A stretch of 64,000 bases of DNA from Eledone cirrhosa (GCA_964016885.1 OZ024754.1:42842001-42906000), one strand, 5' to 3'; numbered from the stretch's first letter, positions 29,403 to 43,950 are shown. Notes: a model not told the origin generated them from the sequence alone. Numbers and translations: made by a program.

Positions 29403-29546
29403 GTGTGTACGTGTTTATCAGTGTGTGTGTGTGTGTGTGTCTTTGTGTATGTGTATGTGTGTGTGTGTGTATGTGTGTGCGTCTGTGTATATGTGTATGT
29501 GTGTGTGTGTGCGTCTGTGTATATGTGAGTGTGTGTGTATATGTGT

Positions 29547-29584
<38 letters not shown>

Positions 29585-29901
29585 GTGTGTTTAGTGTACG
29601 TACGTTCAGACCTATTTGTGTCTGTGTGTTTGACTCAGTTTGTCTCCACACCAGTCATTACTCAGTCATGTATATGTCAATTAGAAGGATGTAGGCATTC
29701 ATTTGTGTGTGTGTGTGTGTGTGTGTATACCGAGGAAAGAGACTCACATACACACACACATATAGATGTACATATATGTTCACATATATACGTATATATG
29801 TATATACATATATACGTATATATGTATATACATATATACGTATATACATATATATATACATATATATATATATGTATACATATGTATATATATAATGTAT
29901 A

Positions 29902-30002
<101 letters not shown>

Positions 30003-30047
30003 ACATATGTATATATATATAATGTATATATATGTATATATATAATG

Positions 30048-30117
<70 letters not shown>

Positions 30118-30221
30118 TGTATATATATGTGTATATATATATGTGTGTGTGCGTGTATCTATTTTTATATATATATATATATGTGTATATGTATTTATAT
30201 ATATATGTATATATGTATATA

Positions 30222-30287
<66 letters not shown>

Positions 30288-31001
30288 CATATATACATAT
30301 ATATATATAAAAATAGATACACGCACACACACATATATATATACACATATATACACACTTATATCTTGAGTCTGAGTGACTTTTCTAGAACTGTGTGTAT
30401 GTGTAATGTGTGCATGTGTATGTGTTTGTATGTATGTGTGTATGTGTTTCTGTGTATGTGTATGTATCTGTGTGTATAGGTTTGGGTGGTATGTATGGAT
30501 CTATGTATGTGTGTGTGTGTGTGCAAGTGATTTATATTCAGACACACACACACGCACACACACACACACACACGCACACACACGCACACACACACGCACA
30601 CACACATATAAGGAAGTGATTATCTTAGTTATTTGTCTGTGTGTCCTGTCAGTATTTGGGAAGGCGTACAAAAGTTTGTGACATTCACACACATATGTGT
30701 TTAAGTGTGTGTGTATGTGTGTCTGTATGTGTTTAAGTGTGTGTCTGTATCTGTGTGTGTACTTGTGGGTGTGCGTGTCTGTGCGTGTGTGAATGTATGT
30801 GTCTGTGTGTGCGTATGTATGCATGTGTCTATGGGTATGTATGTGTATATGTACGTGGTTGTGTGTGTGTCTGTGTGTCTGTCTGTTTGCGTATGTCTGT
30901 GCATATGTCTATGTGTGTGTGTGTGTGTGTGTGTGCCTGTCTGTGTGTGTGTCTGCGCGTGTGTGTGTGTGTGTCGGTCTGTATGTGTCTGTGTGTGTCT
31001 C

Positions 31002-31056
<55 letters not shown>

Positions 31057-31288
31057 ATGTATGTGTATGTATGTGTCCCTGAAATAGGAAAACAGTTCAT
31101 CCTATTATTCCAGGATTCCCTTTTAATCGTTTATTCAAGTGTGTTCTTTTTTGTTCAATATATATATATATATATATACACACACATATATATATATATA
31201 TACACACACACACATATATATATATATACACATATTTGTATACACACACACATACACATACATACATATATATATATTTGCACACACA

Positions 31289-31364
<76 letters not shown>

Positions 31365-31367
31365 TAT

Positions 31368-31452
<85 letters not shown>

Positions 31453-31512
31453 CACATATTTGTATACACACACACATACACATACATATATATACATATA
31501 TATATTTGCACG

Positions 31513-31568
<56 letters not shown>

Positions 31569-31597
31569 TATATATATATATACACACATATTTGTAT

Positions 31598-31658
<61 letters not shown>

Positions 31659-31921
31659 ATACAGTCATTTGCTGATTGGGGGGGATGACTTATTGTGGGA
31701 GCTGTTTGTTTAAAATAATCCGTTCTCTATAATGAATGTTGAATCCTTTCTAGTGAAGCAGCGTTAAAGATTAATAGCAAAACGTCTCCGGTGTCTAAAC
31801 GGTGGCTACGGTGGCACAATGAATACAACAACAACAACACAAGAACTAAATATAAAAATGTAAAGCAAAATATGACAACAATAATTACAACAACAACAAT
31901 AATAGTTTCAACAAAATCAGG

Positions 31922-31967
<46 letters not shown>

Positions 31968-32092
31968 TCCTTATCATTGAACCCCCCCCCCCCCTTCCCC
32001 TCACCCGAAATCCACATCATTATCATTTGCAACAGCTACAACAAAACCAACAAAAGCCACACCAACAGCATCATCATCATCATTATCTTTAT

Positions 32093-32130
<38 letters not shown>

Positions 32131-32225
32131 TATCTTTATACCATCATCATCATCATCATCATCATTATTATTTTTATACCATCAACATCATCATCATCAT
32201 CATCATAAACTATATCAACCACCCT

Positions 32226-32410
32226 AATAATAATTGTTTCTACTTTAGGCACAAGGCCAGCAATTACTCCAGTAGATTACTGGTACTTTATTTTATCGAC
32301 CCCGTAAGGATGAAAGGCAAAGTCAACCTCGGCGGGATTTGAACTCAGACCGTAAAGGGACGTAACTCTGCTGGAAAGCATGGCGTCCAACCCTCTACCA
32401 ATACTGCCAA
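32226..32410 (-). mobile_element. tRNA-derived SINE
   Basis: Same family as 5195 and 60741. Confidence 0.85.
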
Positions 32411-32754
32411 AGACCTGGAGATAGAGATTGGAAAAATGTGGAAGTTGAGAGCTAAAACAATACCAGTGGTTGTAGGGGCTCTAGGAATGATACCCAAGGG
32501 GTTTAATGATTACTTATCCCACATCCCAGGAAAGCCACATATAGAAGAAATACAAAAGATAGTACTAATGGGAACTGCCCAGATACTAAGGAAGATTCTG
32601 ACAATATAAGTACATCACAGGTCTAAACACCTGTGTGTGTATGTATGTTCTTTCTTGAACATGGCGGACCTTGTTGTCTCTTGAGGTCACTGGTTGTGAC
32701 TTGGTGATAACTGGTATGACCATAAAGCCAGATAAATGAAAAGATAATAATAAT
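32411..32754 (+). mobile_element. 3' end of an R4/Dong-like RLE non-LTR retrotransposon
   Basis: DLEIEIGKMWKLRAKTIPVVVGALGMIPKG…IQKIVLMGTAQILRKILTI* (stop 32607-32609), then a 3' UTR and (TAA)n tail. Confidence 0.85.
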
Positions 32755-33008
32755 TGTTTCTACTTTTGGCACAAGGCCAGCAATTACTCCAGTAGATTAC
32801 TGCTACTTTGTTATTAATAATTTAGTGTTAAAGAAATTTATATTGTTTCTACTTTTGGCACAAGACCAGTGTATTACTGGTACTTTATTTTATCGACCCC
32901 GTAAGGATGAAAGGCAAAGTTAACCTCGACGGGATTTGAACTCAGACCGTAAAGGGACGTAACTATGCTAGAAGACATGGCGTCCCATCCTCTACCGATA
33001 TTGCCAAA
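32755..33008 (-). mobile_element. tRNA-derived SINE plus a tail fragment
   Basis: Family body at 32841-33008; partial tail at 32755-32810. Confidence 0.8.
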
Positions 33009-33122
33009 GACATATATATATTTATATCCTCATGATGAATGATTTCTAAAGATATAAAGGCTAATACCACACTGTTCGTACTGCATTCTTTGTTATTGTT
33101 TTGTATTTTGTTTTTTACTTCT

Positions 33123-33175
<53 letters not shown>

Positions 33176-33432
33176 AGTAAAAAGCAATAAAATAAAGATA
33201 AAAATGAATGTAACGACGAGATAATAACCTAAATGGTAAGGAGCGGGCATATTCACACATACACACACACACATATATATACATATATACACACATACGC
33301 ATATATATATATATATATGCATATAATGTGAGTTAAAAATATATGTATATATCTATATGTATATATATGTATACACACATACACACACACACACACATAT
33401 ACACGCACACACACACACACCAACCCTCACAT

Positions 33433-33495
<63 letters not shown>

Positions 33496-33691
33496 GTGAG
33501 TGCGTGTGTGTTATCAATGGAAAGCATTAAAGTGTGATATTGTACATAAAAACGGAAAGAAATTATAGAAAAAAATTGATTTTCTTGAATAAAACTGAGA
33601 GAATAAAATGGTTTCGGAGAGTAATGACAGAGCAATGAATTTTGGTGTAGTTAAATTTTATTGGTGCCACATTTTATAATATAACATTGCT

Positions 33692-33991
<300 letters not shown>

Positions 33992-34092
33992 TATATATAT
34001 ATATGTATATATATTCTACTTTTGAAAAGCATAAGAACTGTGAAACCGGTAAAGGAAACAAATAAATGTTCTTAAAAAGACTCCAGCTGCAC

Positions 34093-34285
34093 ACAGTGTA
34101 CCCCCGACATTCGCGGTCTTGGTTATTCGAGGAATTTTCCTTAGAACCGAACTAAATATTATTTGTGGAAACCACCGCATATTCGCGGAATCGTAAATAT
34201 CTTCCGCGATTTTTTAATGGCTTTTTTTCGTGGCAATATATATATTTTTAACGCTAACTTATTAATATACAGTATTTTCCGTATA
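34093..34285 (+). mobile_element. Partial pogo-like MITE (family of 7252)
   Basis: CAGTGTACCCCCGACATTCGCG start and shared GTGGAAACCACCG internal sequence. Confidence 0.65.
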
Positions 34286-34297
34286 TATAAATAAATA

Positions 34298-34503
34298 GAT
34301 AATTACAACAGTGACATAAAGAGGTACTCAAGTTTCGTTGGGTTCTGTTGGGCCCCAATTCATTCAGCTTGTCACGAATTGGGGCCCAGAACCCAACGAA
34401 ACTTGAGGACCTGTTTATGTCACTGTTGTAATTATTTATACTAAACTCGTCATTTGCACTGAGTGCTCTTACTCTTGGATATTTCCACTGAACTTTTACT
34501 TCA

Positions 34504-34504
<1 letters not shown>
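34298..34504 (+). mobile_element. PLE-like fold-back insertion (family U) with hammerhead remnant
   Basis: Inverted arms 34298-34362 and 34376-34435. Minus arm reads CTGAATGA…GAAA-CTTGAG-TA. Confidence 0.65.
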
Positions 34505-34557
<53 letters not shown>

Positions 34558-34955
34558 GTGTGTGTGTGTGTTTACCAAAGAAGCAGACAAAACAATGAAA
34601 TACGTATGACAAAAGTACCCATCTTCCTCGTCAGCCATCCTCTGGACCAGTTTCATGTATAAGAGAGGTGTTGTATAATACCCTGCGTAGGTTACACGAC
34701 AGCTTAGAACAAGCCATATACAATGAGAGAGAGGGGGAGAGAGAGTGAGAGTGAGAGACAGAGAGAGAGTGAGAGAGAGAGTGAGAGAGAGAGTGAGAGA
34801 GAGAGAGAGAGAGTTAGCTAGCTAGATAGATAGATAGAGAGATAGATATATATATAGAGAGATAGATAGATATATAGAGAGATAGATAGATAGATAGATA
34901 GATAGAGAGGGAGAGAACAAGAAAGAGAGGGAGAGAGAAAAAGAGAGAGAGAGGG

Positions 34956-34995
<40 letters not shown>

Positions 34996-35015
34996 CAAAA
35001 GAGAGAGAGAGGGAG

Positions 35016-35047
<32 letters not shown>

Positions 35048-35564
35048 CGCGAGAGAGAAGGAGGGAGAGAGAAAGAGAGAGAGAGAGGGTCTTGTGGTCA
35101 GTTGTAAGGATTGTTGCGAGAGAGAGAGGAGAGAGGAGAGAGATAGAGAAGGGGGAAAGAGATAGAAGGGGAGAGAGGGGGGAGAGAGGTGTCTGTGGTC
35201 AGTTGTAAGGATTTTTGTGGTCTCTTGTGAGATGTACATTTGTTTTCACGACACTGTTTGGTTAACGAAGATTCTTTCTCACAAGTATTCTCGTTAAACC
35301 TACACAGGTGGTGGTGGTGGTGGTGGTAGCGGTGGTGGTGGTAGCGGTGATGGTGGTGGTGGTAGTGGTGATGGTGGTTGTGGTGATTGTGGTGGTGGTA
35401 GTGGTGGTGGTGGTAGTGGTGGTGGTGGTGGTGGTGATGATAGCAGTGGTGTTAGTGGTTGTGGTGGTGGTGGTGGTGGTTGGGATGGTAGTGGTTGTCG
35501 TTGTTGTGGTGGTAGTGGTGGTAGTGGCAGTTGTGTTAGTAATGGTGTAATCCGTTCTCTAGCA

Positions 35565-35720
35565 GAACAGCTCTGATGAGAAGATCAGAGATCAGAGAGT
35601 CACTCCAGGTACAGTCACCCAAGGTAGAGCCGCTACTTCTCCGAATTGAGAGATTAAAGCCCCGATACTATGGACATGTGGTTAGAATGTCTCAGGAAAG
35701 AATCACTGGACAGATTTTAG
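35565..35720 (+). mobile_element. RTE-clade LINE fragment (post-RT region)
   Basis: KVEPLLLRIERLKPRYYGHVVRMSQERITGQIL matches the RTE motif VEPLLLxIERxQLRWxGHxxRM. Confidence 0.8.
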
Positions 35721-36849
35721 CCCCGATACTATGGACATGTGGTTAGAATGTCTCAGGAAAGAATCACTGGACAGATTTTAGCCTCGATACTATGGACATG
35801 TGGTTAGAATGTCTCAGGAAAGAATCACTGGACAGATTTTAGCCCCGATACTATGGACATGTGGTTAGAATGTCTCAAGAAAGAATCACTGGACAGATTT
35901 TAGCCCCGATACTATGGACATGTGGTTAGAATGTCTCAAGAAAGAATCACTGGACAGATTTTAGCCCCGATACTATGGACATGTGGTTAGAATGTCTCAG
36001 GAAAGAATCACTGGACAGATTTTAGCCCCGATACTATGGACATGTGGTTAGAATGTCTCAAGAAAGAATCACTGGACAGATTTTAGCCCCGATACTATGG
36101 ACATGTGGTTAGAATGTCTCAAGAAAGAATCACTGGACAGATTTTAGCCCCGATACTATGGACATGTGGTTAGAATGTCTCAGGAAAGAATCACTGGACA
36201 GATTTTAGCCCCGATACTATGGACATGTGGTTAGAATGTCTCAGGAAAGAATAACTGGACAGATTTTAGCTCCGATACTATGGACATGTGGTTAGAATGT
36301 CTCAGGAAAGAATCACTGGACAGATTTTAGCCCCGATACTATGGACATGTGGTTAGAATGTCTCAGGAAAGAATAACTGGACAGATTTTAGCTCCGATAC
36401 TATGGACATGTGGTTAGAATGTCTCAGGAAAGAATAACTGGACAGATTTTAGCTCCGATACTATGGACATGTGGTTAGAATGTCTCAGGAAAGAATAACT
36501 GGACAGATTTTAGCTCCGATACTATGGACATGTGGTTAGAATGTCTCAAGAAAGAATCACTGGACAGATTTTAGCTCCGATACTATGGACATGTGGTTAG
36601 AATGTCTCAGGAAAGAATCACTGGACAGATTTTAGCTCCGATACTATGGACATGTGGTTAGAATGTCTCAAGAAAGAATCACTGGACAGATTTTAGCTCC
36701 GATACTATGGACATGTGGTTAGAATGTCTCAAGAAAGAATCACTGGACAGATTTTAGCCCCGATACTATGGACATGTGGTTAGAATGTCTCAAGAAAGAA
36801 TCACTGGACAGATTTTAGCCCCGATACTATGGACATGTGGTTAGAATGG
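35658..36849. repeat. 61-bp minisatellite, about 19.5 near-identical copies, derived from RTE coding sequence
   Basis: Unit AGCCCCGATACTATGGACATGTGGTTAGAATGTCTCAGGAAAGAATCACTGGACAGATTTT. Confidence 0.97.
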
Positions 36850-36914
36850 GTTAAGAAGAAGTTAGGATTATTTGATATGATACTTCTACTTTGCTTTCAT
36901 TGCATGCCCATATA

Positions 36915-37034
36915 TGGACTGTACCGTTTGATAAGTTCAGCTAGGTCTCTGCCGTCCTAATACTGCCGGGTTAGTTCGGATCTAGCTGTCGAAAAGGGCC
37001 GGAGCTCAGCCGTCGGGGTCCTGAATCTTTTCCT
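36915..37034 (+). mobile_element. Older family A copy retaining a degenerate full hammerhead
   Basis: TTGATAA(36928; decayed CTGATGA)-cagctag…ctagctg-GAAA(36991)…GAGCTCAGCCGTC^GGGGTCC. Confidence 0.55.
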
Positions 37035-37374
37035 ATATATTTACAGACATACATACACATACACACACACACACACATATATATATATATGTGTGTGTGT
37101 GTAAGTATATATATATATGTATATATATATATTTATATATATATATATATATATATACACACTCACACACACAAATATATGTGTATATACACACACACAT
37201 ATATGTATGTGTATGTATGGGAGTGTGTGTGTTTATTTGTATGTGTGTTGTGGGTGAAAGAACCCCCCCCCCCCCACAGAAACCCAATCCATGAGTGACA
37301 TTGAAATATCAGACAACACAAGATCTATGTAAATAGGACTGCTCAACCTGACATCCAGCTTTTGTATTTGATTA

Positions 37375-38660
37375 TCACCACCACCACCACCACAACCACC
37401 ACCACCACCACAACCACCACCACCACCACCACCACCACCACCACCACCAACACCATTAACAACAGCACCACCACAACCACCACCACCACCACCACAACCA
37501 CCACCACCACCACCACCACCATTAACAACAGCACCACCACCACCACCACCACCACCACCACCACCACCACCACCACTATCAACAGCACCACCACCACCAC
37601 CATTAACAACAGCACCACCACCACCACCAGCACCACCACAACCACCACCACCACTATCAACAGCACCACCGCCACCAACACCATTAACAACAGTACCACC
37701 ACCACCACCACCACTATCATCACCACCACCACCATCATTAACAACAGCACCACCATCACCACCATCACCACCACCACCATCACCACCATCACCACCACCA
37801 CCACCACTACTATAACCACCACCACCACCACTATCACCACCACCACCATTGTCGTCATCATCATCATCATTATCATCTTTCTCCCCCTCTTGATCATTCT
37901 CATCATCACCACCATCATCATCATCATCATCATTACCACCATCACAACCACCACCATCATCATCACCACCATCATCGCCACCACCACCACCATCACAACC
38001 ACCACCACCATGTTGTTGTTATGTTGTTATGTTGTTGTATAGATGGTTGTAGTGTTGTTGTTACTGTTGTGAAGATGTGATGATACTGTGTTGTTATTGT
38101 GTTGTTATTGTGTTGTTATTGTGCTGTTATTGTGTTTATATTAATGTTATGTTTGTGTTGTTATTGTGTTGTTATTGTGTTGTTATTGTGTTTATATTAA
38201 TGTTATGTCTGTGTTGTTATTGTGTTGTTATTGTGTTTATATTAATGTTATGTTTGTGTTGTTATTGTGTTGTTATTGTGTTTATATTAATGTTATGTTT
38301 GTGTTGTTATTGTGTTTATATTAATGTTATGTTTGTGTTGTTATTGTGTTTATATTAATGTTATGTTTGTGTTGTTATTGTGTTGTTATTGTGTTTATAT
38401 TAATGTTATGTTTGTGTTGTTATTGTGTTTATATTAATGTTATGTTTGTGTTGTTATTGTGTTTATATTAATGTTATGTTTGTGTTGTTATTGTGTTTAT
38501 ATTAATGTTATGTTTGTGTTGTTATTGTGTTGTTATTGTGTTGTTATTGTGTTTATATTAATGTTATGTTTGTGTTGTTATTGTGTTTATATTAATGTTA
38601 TGTTTGTGTTGTTATTGTGTTTATGTCATATTTGTGTTGTTATTGTGTTTATATTGATGT
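37375..38660. repeat. (ACC/ATC)n microsatellite followed by a TG/T-rich minisatellite (TTGTGTTGTTATTGTGTTTATATTAATGTTATGT)
   Basis: Direct inspection. Confidence 0.9.
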
Positions 38661-39064
38661 CTATGTTGGGGTTCAGTGTTCTTTTACCAGTTGTATGATG
38701 ATGTTGTTGATGTTTTTATTGTTATTTACGTTAATGTTGTTGTCGGTGTCACTGTTTGTCGCTAGTGGACGTAAGGGGGCGCTGTTGGCTCCACACATTC
38801 AACCACTAATAGTCCACCATATCGTATTGCCAGAGAACAAACACACTGAACGTGTTTCAAACAATAGCAAAGTCCACTACACACAACTCTTCCCATTTTA
38901 ACCTCTTCCTTGCCTTCTTTATATTTATCTATATCCTTCCTCTCTGTCTGTCTGTCTCCCCCCTCTCCCCCTCCCCCTTTTCTCTCTCTCTCTCTGTCCC
39001 TTCCTTCCTGTTTTCCTCCCAATTTAAGTGATTCTATCCCAACTTCCCAACTTCCCAACTTCCC

Positions 39065-39103
<39 letters not shown>

Positions 39104-39132
39104 ACCCACGCACACACACACACAAACACGCA

Positions 39133-39210
<78 letters not shown>

Positions 39211-39389
39211 CGCAGACACACACACACCCACGCACACACACACACGCACACACACACTCTCTACATATCCATTTTTATCTTCTATTTCTTCCAATTATTT
39301 TCACCTATCCATCCATCCATGTATATGTGTATATATATATATGTATGTATGTATATATATATATATGTATATATATATATGTATGTATG

Positions 39390-39422
<33 letters not shown>

Positions 39423-39491
39423 ATATATATATGTATGTATGTATATATATATATGTATGTATGTATGTATATATATATGTATGTATGTATA

Positions 39492-39524
<33 letters not shown>

Positions 39525-39760
39525 ATATGTATGTATGTATATATATATGTATGTATGTATATAAATATGTACGTATGTATGTATGTGTGTGTGTATTTGT
39601 GTGTTTATGCATGTTTGTTTATGTATATATATGTATGTATATATATGTATATATATGAATGTTTATATATGTATATATATATATATGTATGTATTATTTT
39701 TATCATTATCGTCATATTTGTTGTTGTTGTTATTATTATTATTATTAGTATTATTATTAA

Positions 39761-39945
39761 GGGGGTGGATTGGCAGTAACGGTAGACCCTCGGGCTACAA
39801 GATTTGCGGCATATAGTTAGAGGTTAGCTTTGCCTTTCATTCTTTCAGGGTCGATAAAATAAAGTACCAGTAATGCACTGGGGTTAATTTAATCAACTTT
39901 CCTCTTCTCTTTAAATTTCTGGTTTTGTGCCTGAAACAGAAACAG
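39761..39945 (+). mobile_element. Internally deleted tRNA-derived SINE
   Basis: TGGCAGTAACGGTAG head, CTTTGCCTTTCAT…GGGTCGATAAAATAAAGTACCAG body, TTGTGCCTGAAACAGAAAC tail. Confidence 0.75.
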
Positions 39946-39974
39946 TCTAGATATAATTTTCTCCGATTCTGTCA

Positions 39975-40352
39975 CATGTAAAGAGAGGGGAGTAGTTTAA
40001 CTACCTCATACTACTCCCCTCTCTTTACGTCTGGGGAGTAGTTTGACTACCTCATACTGCTCCTCTCTCTTTACGTCTGGGGAGTAGTTTAACTACCTCA
40101 TACTACTGCCCTCTCTTTACGTCTGGGGAGTAGTTTGGCTACCTCATACTACTCCTCTCTCTTTACGTCTGGGAGTAGTTTGGCTACCTCATACTACTCC
40201 CCTCTCTTTACGTCTGGAGAGTAGTTTGGCTACCTCATACTACTCCCCTCTCTTTACGTCTGGGGAGTTGTTTGACTACCTCATACTACTCCCCTCTCTT
40301 TACGTCTGGGGAGTAGTTTGACTACCTCATACTACTCCTCTCTCTTTCTTTA
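39975..40352. repeat. 46-bp minisatellite of self-complementary units, about 8 copies
   Basis: GGGGAGTAGT-ttgactacctcat-ACTACTCCCC-tctctttacgtct. Confidence 0.92.
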
Positions 40353-40951
40353 CATCTGCTGCCCGCGTGAGTGTATGTGTGTGATTTTATATGTGTATGT
40401 GTATGTTTGTGTAAATGTATGTATGTGTTTGTGTGAATGTATGTGTGTGCGTTTGTGTGAATGTATGTGTGTGTGTTTGTGTGAATGTATGTGTGTGTTT
40501 GTGTGAATGTATGTGTGTGTGTTTGTGTGAATGTATGTGTGTGTTTGTGTGAATGTATGTGTGTGAATGTATGTGTGTGTGTTTGTGTGAATGTATGTGT
40601 GTGTTTGTGTGAATGTATGTGTGTGTGTTTGTGTGAATGTATGTGTGTGAGTGTGTCTGAATTTGAACATTTATATTTATATACTCATACATATAAATGT
40701 ATGTATATCCATACACACACACACACACACACACATACATATATATATCCACACACACAGATATATATATATATACACATACACATTATCCATGTTTGCA
40801 GTAGTTGTTGTAATTGTTCTTGGTGTTGTAGAGCTTCGGCACTTATATAAAGAAAACAACAACGAATCCCCCTCTTCATCTTATCCCCCCTCCTTCTCAT
40901 CCACCTCTTCACCCCCTCCCCCATTATATATACGCGCGTGTGTATGTGAGT

Positions 40952-41024
<73 letters not shown>

Positions 41025-41114
41025 TGAGTGTATATATATATAAATATGAGTGTTTCTATATATATATATATATATGCATGAGTGTTTCTATATATATATA
41101 TATGCATGAGTGTT

Positions 41115-41163
<49 letters not shown>

Positions 41164-41527
41164 TCCGAATTATATTTTAACTCAACATTGTTATTTATCT
41201 TATTCCGAAGATTAAGATTTTTATTCCCCCCAAAAAATCTTCATTTCATCCTTCATTCTTTCATTCCTACGTTCTTTCTTCAATGATCTCTTTCTTCACA
41301 TTTGTGTTTATATTGTCCCCCCCCCCTCCTCCCTACCCCACCTTCTATCTTCTCTCTCCGAGACGGACAATTTCCAACTATTTAAAACATATATGAAATA
41401 AAATCAAAATAAAATGTAAAAAAAACAAAAAACAAAAAAAAAAAAAACTCCAATAGTTTGAATAACAAGAGTTAATGGCTTCGACTGTAAAATACTTTGT
41501 ATGAGGAATTGGTAACGATGCGACACT

Positions 41528-41542
41528 ACTGCCCTCTGTCGG
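41528..41542 (-). promoter_or_regulatory. CTCF-like motif
   Basis: Reverse complement CCGACAGAGGGCAGT resembles the CTCF core CCRSNAGRKGGCRS; lies in a unique island. Confidence 0.4.
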
Positions 41543-41840
41543 TGTTGACACAAACAATTTCCTTACAATATTCCGTTTTAAATGCTAAAATAAATATGGC
41601 CGACCTGAATTATTGATTCGCGTTATTTTAGTCGATATCTGTATGTTTGTTTGTTTGTTTGTTGTTGTTGTTGCTGCTGCTGCTGTTGCTATTGTTGTTG
41701 TTGTTGCTGCTGCTGTTGTTGTTGAAGTTGTTGTTGCTGTTGTTTCTCTAAGTCTGAAAGTTTCATAAATTTTTTGAAAATTATCAAAATATTGATAGAT
41801 GGACTCGGATTTCTAATGGAATGTTGTTGTTTTGTTGTCT

Positions 41841-41873
<33 letters not shown>

Positions 41874-41888
41874 ATATATATGTATATA

Positions 41889-41924
<36 letters not shown>

Positions 41925-42164
41925 CGTACGTACGTACGTATTTACGTACGTATGTATTTATATGTTGTGTTTTGTTTGTCACGAATTTTTTTTTAATTCA
42001 ACCATCAGTCGTTATCTTCTTCTTCTTCTTCGTTATCTTCTTCTTCTTCTTCTTCTTCTTCTTCTTCTTCTTCTTCTTCTTCTTCTTCTTCTTCTTCTTC
42101 TTCTTCTTCTTCTTCTTCTTCTTCTTCTTCTTCGTTATCGTCTTCTTCTTCTTCTTCTTCTTCA

Positions 42165-42280
42165 GTCAGTAGAGCGTCAAATATTTATTCCCGATCTTTA
42201 CGTTCTGAGGTTAAATTACCCCGAGGTTTAACTTTACCTTTCACCGTGCAGGGGTCCATAAAATAGAATACCAGTTATAT
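42165..42280 (+). mobile_element. Diverged SINE fragment
   Basis: TTTACGTTCTGAGGTTAAATT…CCGAGGTTTAACTTTACCTTTCA…GGGGTCCATAAAAT. Confidence 0.6.
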
Positions 42281-42677
42281 ACTTATGTCGAATTATTAAA
42301 TGATAAATATTTATGCGCAACACAACCTAAAAAGTTATAATATACAGAGTGACCACAAAAACACTCCTTCATTTCAAATACATATAATATAGGAACTTAA
42401 ATGAATATTCTTACAATATTGGTGGCTACAGTTGTATAAACTAACAAAGTTTTTTGTGATATTGGTTGATATCATAGACACTCGATGTCTGCCATTTTGT
42501 TCTTCAGCAAACATCAATGTGATAATCAAGCTCGGTGTGTTTGTTGTCACTCTGTAGTTATAATTGCGATTTAAAATTCGCAATTCATAGTTTGGCTAAA
42601 TTGTAAAAAGATTAGCAATTCGGCTAATGAACGAGAAGATAAAATCTGAGGCTAAAGAACGAGAGCAAAAGAACGAG

Positions 42678-42896
42678 AGTTATAACTCCGGATGGCGAAA
42701 CACTGTATTTTAGGATATTAACAGGTGTGTTACAAGGAGATACACTTGCATCCTCTCTGTTTACAATTGCGCTTGACTATGCAAAACATAATTGACGGAA
42801 GAGAAGAAGATCTGGGATTTAAGCTGGAACCCAGGAGAAACTGCTTACACAAATCAGAGATCTCAACTGACATTGTGGATGATACAGCAACTGTCT
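42678..42896 (+). mobile_element. RTE/RTE-X-like reverse transcriptase fragment
   Basis: VITPDGETLYFRILTGVLQGDTLASSLFTIALDY, a frameshift, then IIDGREEDLGFKLEPRR…DIVDDTA. Contains the GVxQG motif and a decayed xADD. Confidence 0.85.
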
Positions 42897-42951
42897 TCTT
42901 TGCCGGTCACGGTAACCCATTGGGTAAAATTCAGTTACATTCATAATAGTA

Positions 42952-43030
42952 GGGTCACATTTTATTGGTCACATTTTATTGGTCACACTTTATTGGTCAC
43001 ATTTTATTGGTCACATTTTATTGGTCACAC
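42952..43030. repeat. 14-bp tandem repeat GGTCACATTTTATT, about 5.5 copies
   Basis: Direct inspection. Confidence 0.9.
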
Positions 43031-43317
43031 TCTTGAACAAACCACTGGAAAGATGCATATGAAACTGAGGAAAAACAACGAGATGTCTTTCGATTAGAGT
43101 ACACACACACACACACAGACACACACACACACAAACACACTCAAACACACACAGACACACATACAAACGCAAACACACGCACACAAATACACACGTACAC
43201 ACACACACACAGACACACACAGACACAGACATACACACAGACACACACAGATATACAGACACAAACACACACACATACACACAGACCCCCTCCCCCTCCA
43301 CACACACACACACATAC

Positions 43318-43358
<41 letters not shown>

Positions 43359-43819
43359 GATATATATATAGTGACAGAGAGAAATGACAGTATCTATGTC
43401 GTGAAACACAGAAACATACTTAAAAGAAGAAAGTAAATCTAATGGAAACAACAACAAGAAAAACAAAATGGACAACAAAATCCTGAAAGTAAATGAAATA
43501 GAAGACATGCAACACTATCCTAGCTTTACCGTGTTTTAATGTAATATCAGGGAAGTTCACTGTGTTTTATCATTACACCGATCGTATTGAAGATACAAGA
43601 TACACATCACAGATCTGACTTAATTCGTTTTAATTCTCATGTTATTTTCTCACTGTAGTTATACGCAGTTATCTCCCTTAATAGGAATTTCACAGCGAAC
43701 GTTGAAACGCCGCCATTTATGTTATGTTATGTTATGTTATGTTATGAAATAATACCCGCATACAGATTCGTAACGGCGGATATATACATACGCTCACATA
43801 TAAATATACACAAACACAT

Positions 43820-43950
<131 letters not shown>

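Noticed and set aside
34570-34660. GAAA-TACGTA palindrome and minus-strand CTGACGA
   Set aside because: The core halves lie on opposite strands or in the wrong order, and there is no valid UH triplet.
35572-35645. CTGATGA at the start of the RTE fragment
   Set aside because: No GAAA-helix III; explained as LINE coding sequence.
35658-36849. CRISPR-like regular array
   Set aside because: Head-to-tail near-identical units with no unique spacers, eukaryotic context, and the unit derives from an RTE ORF.
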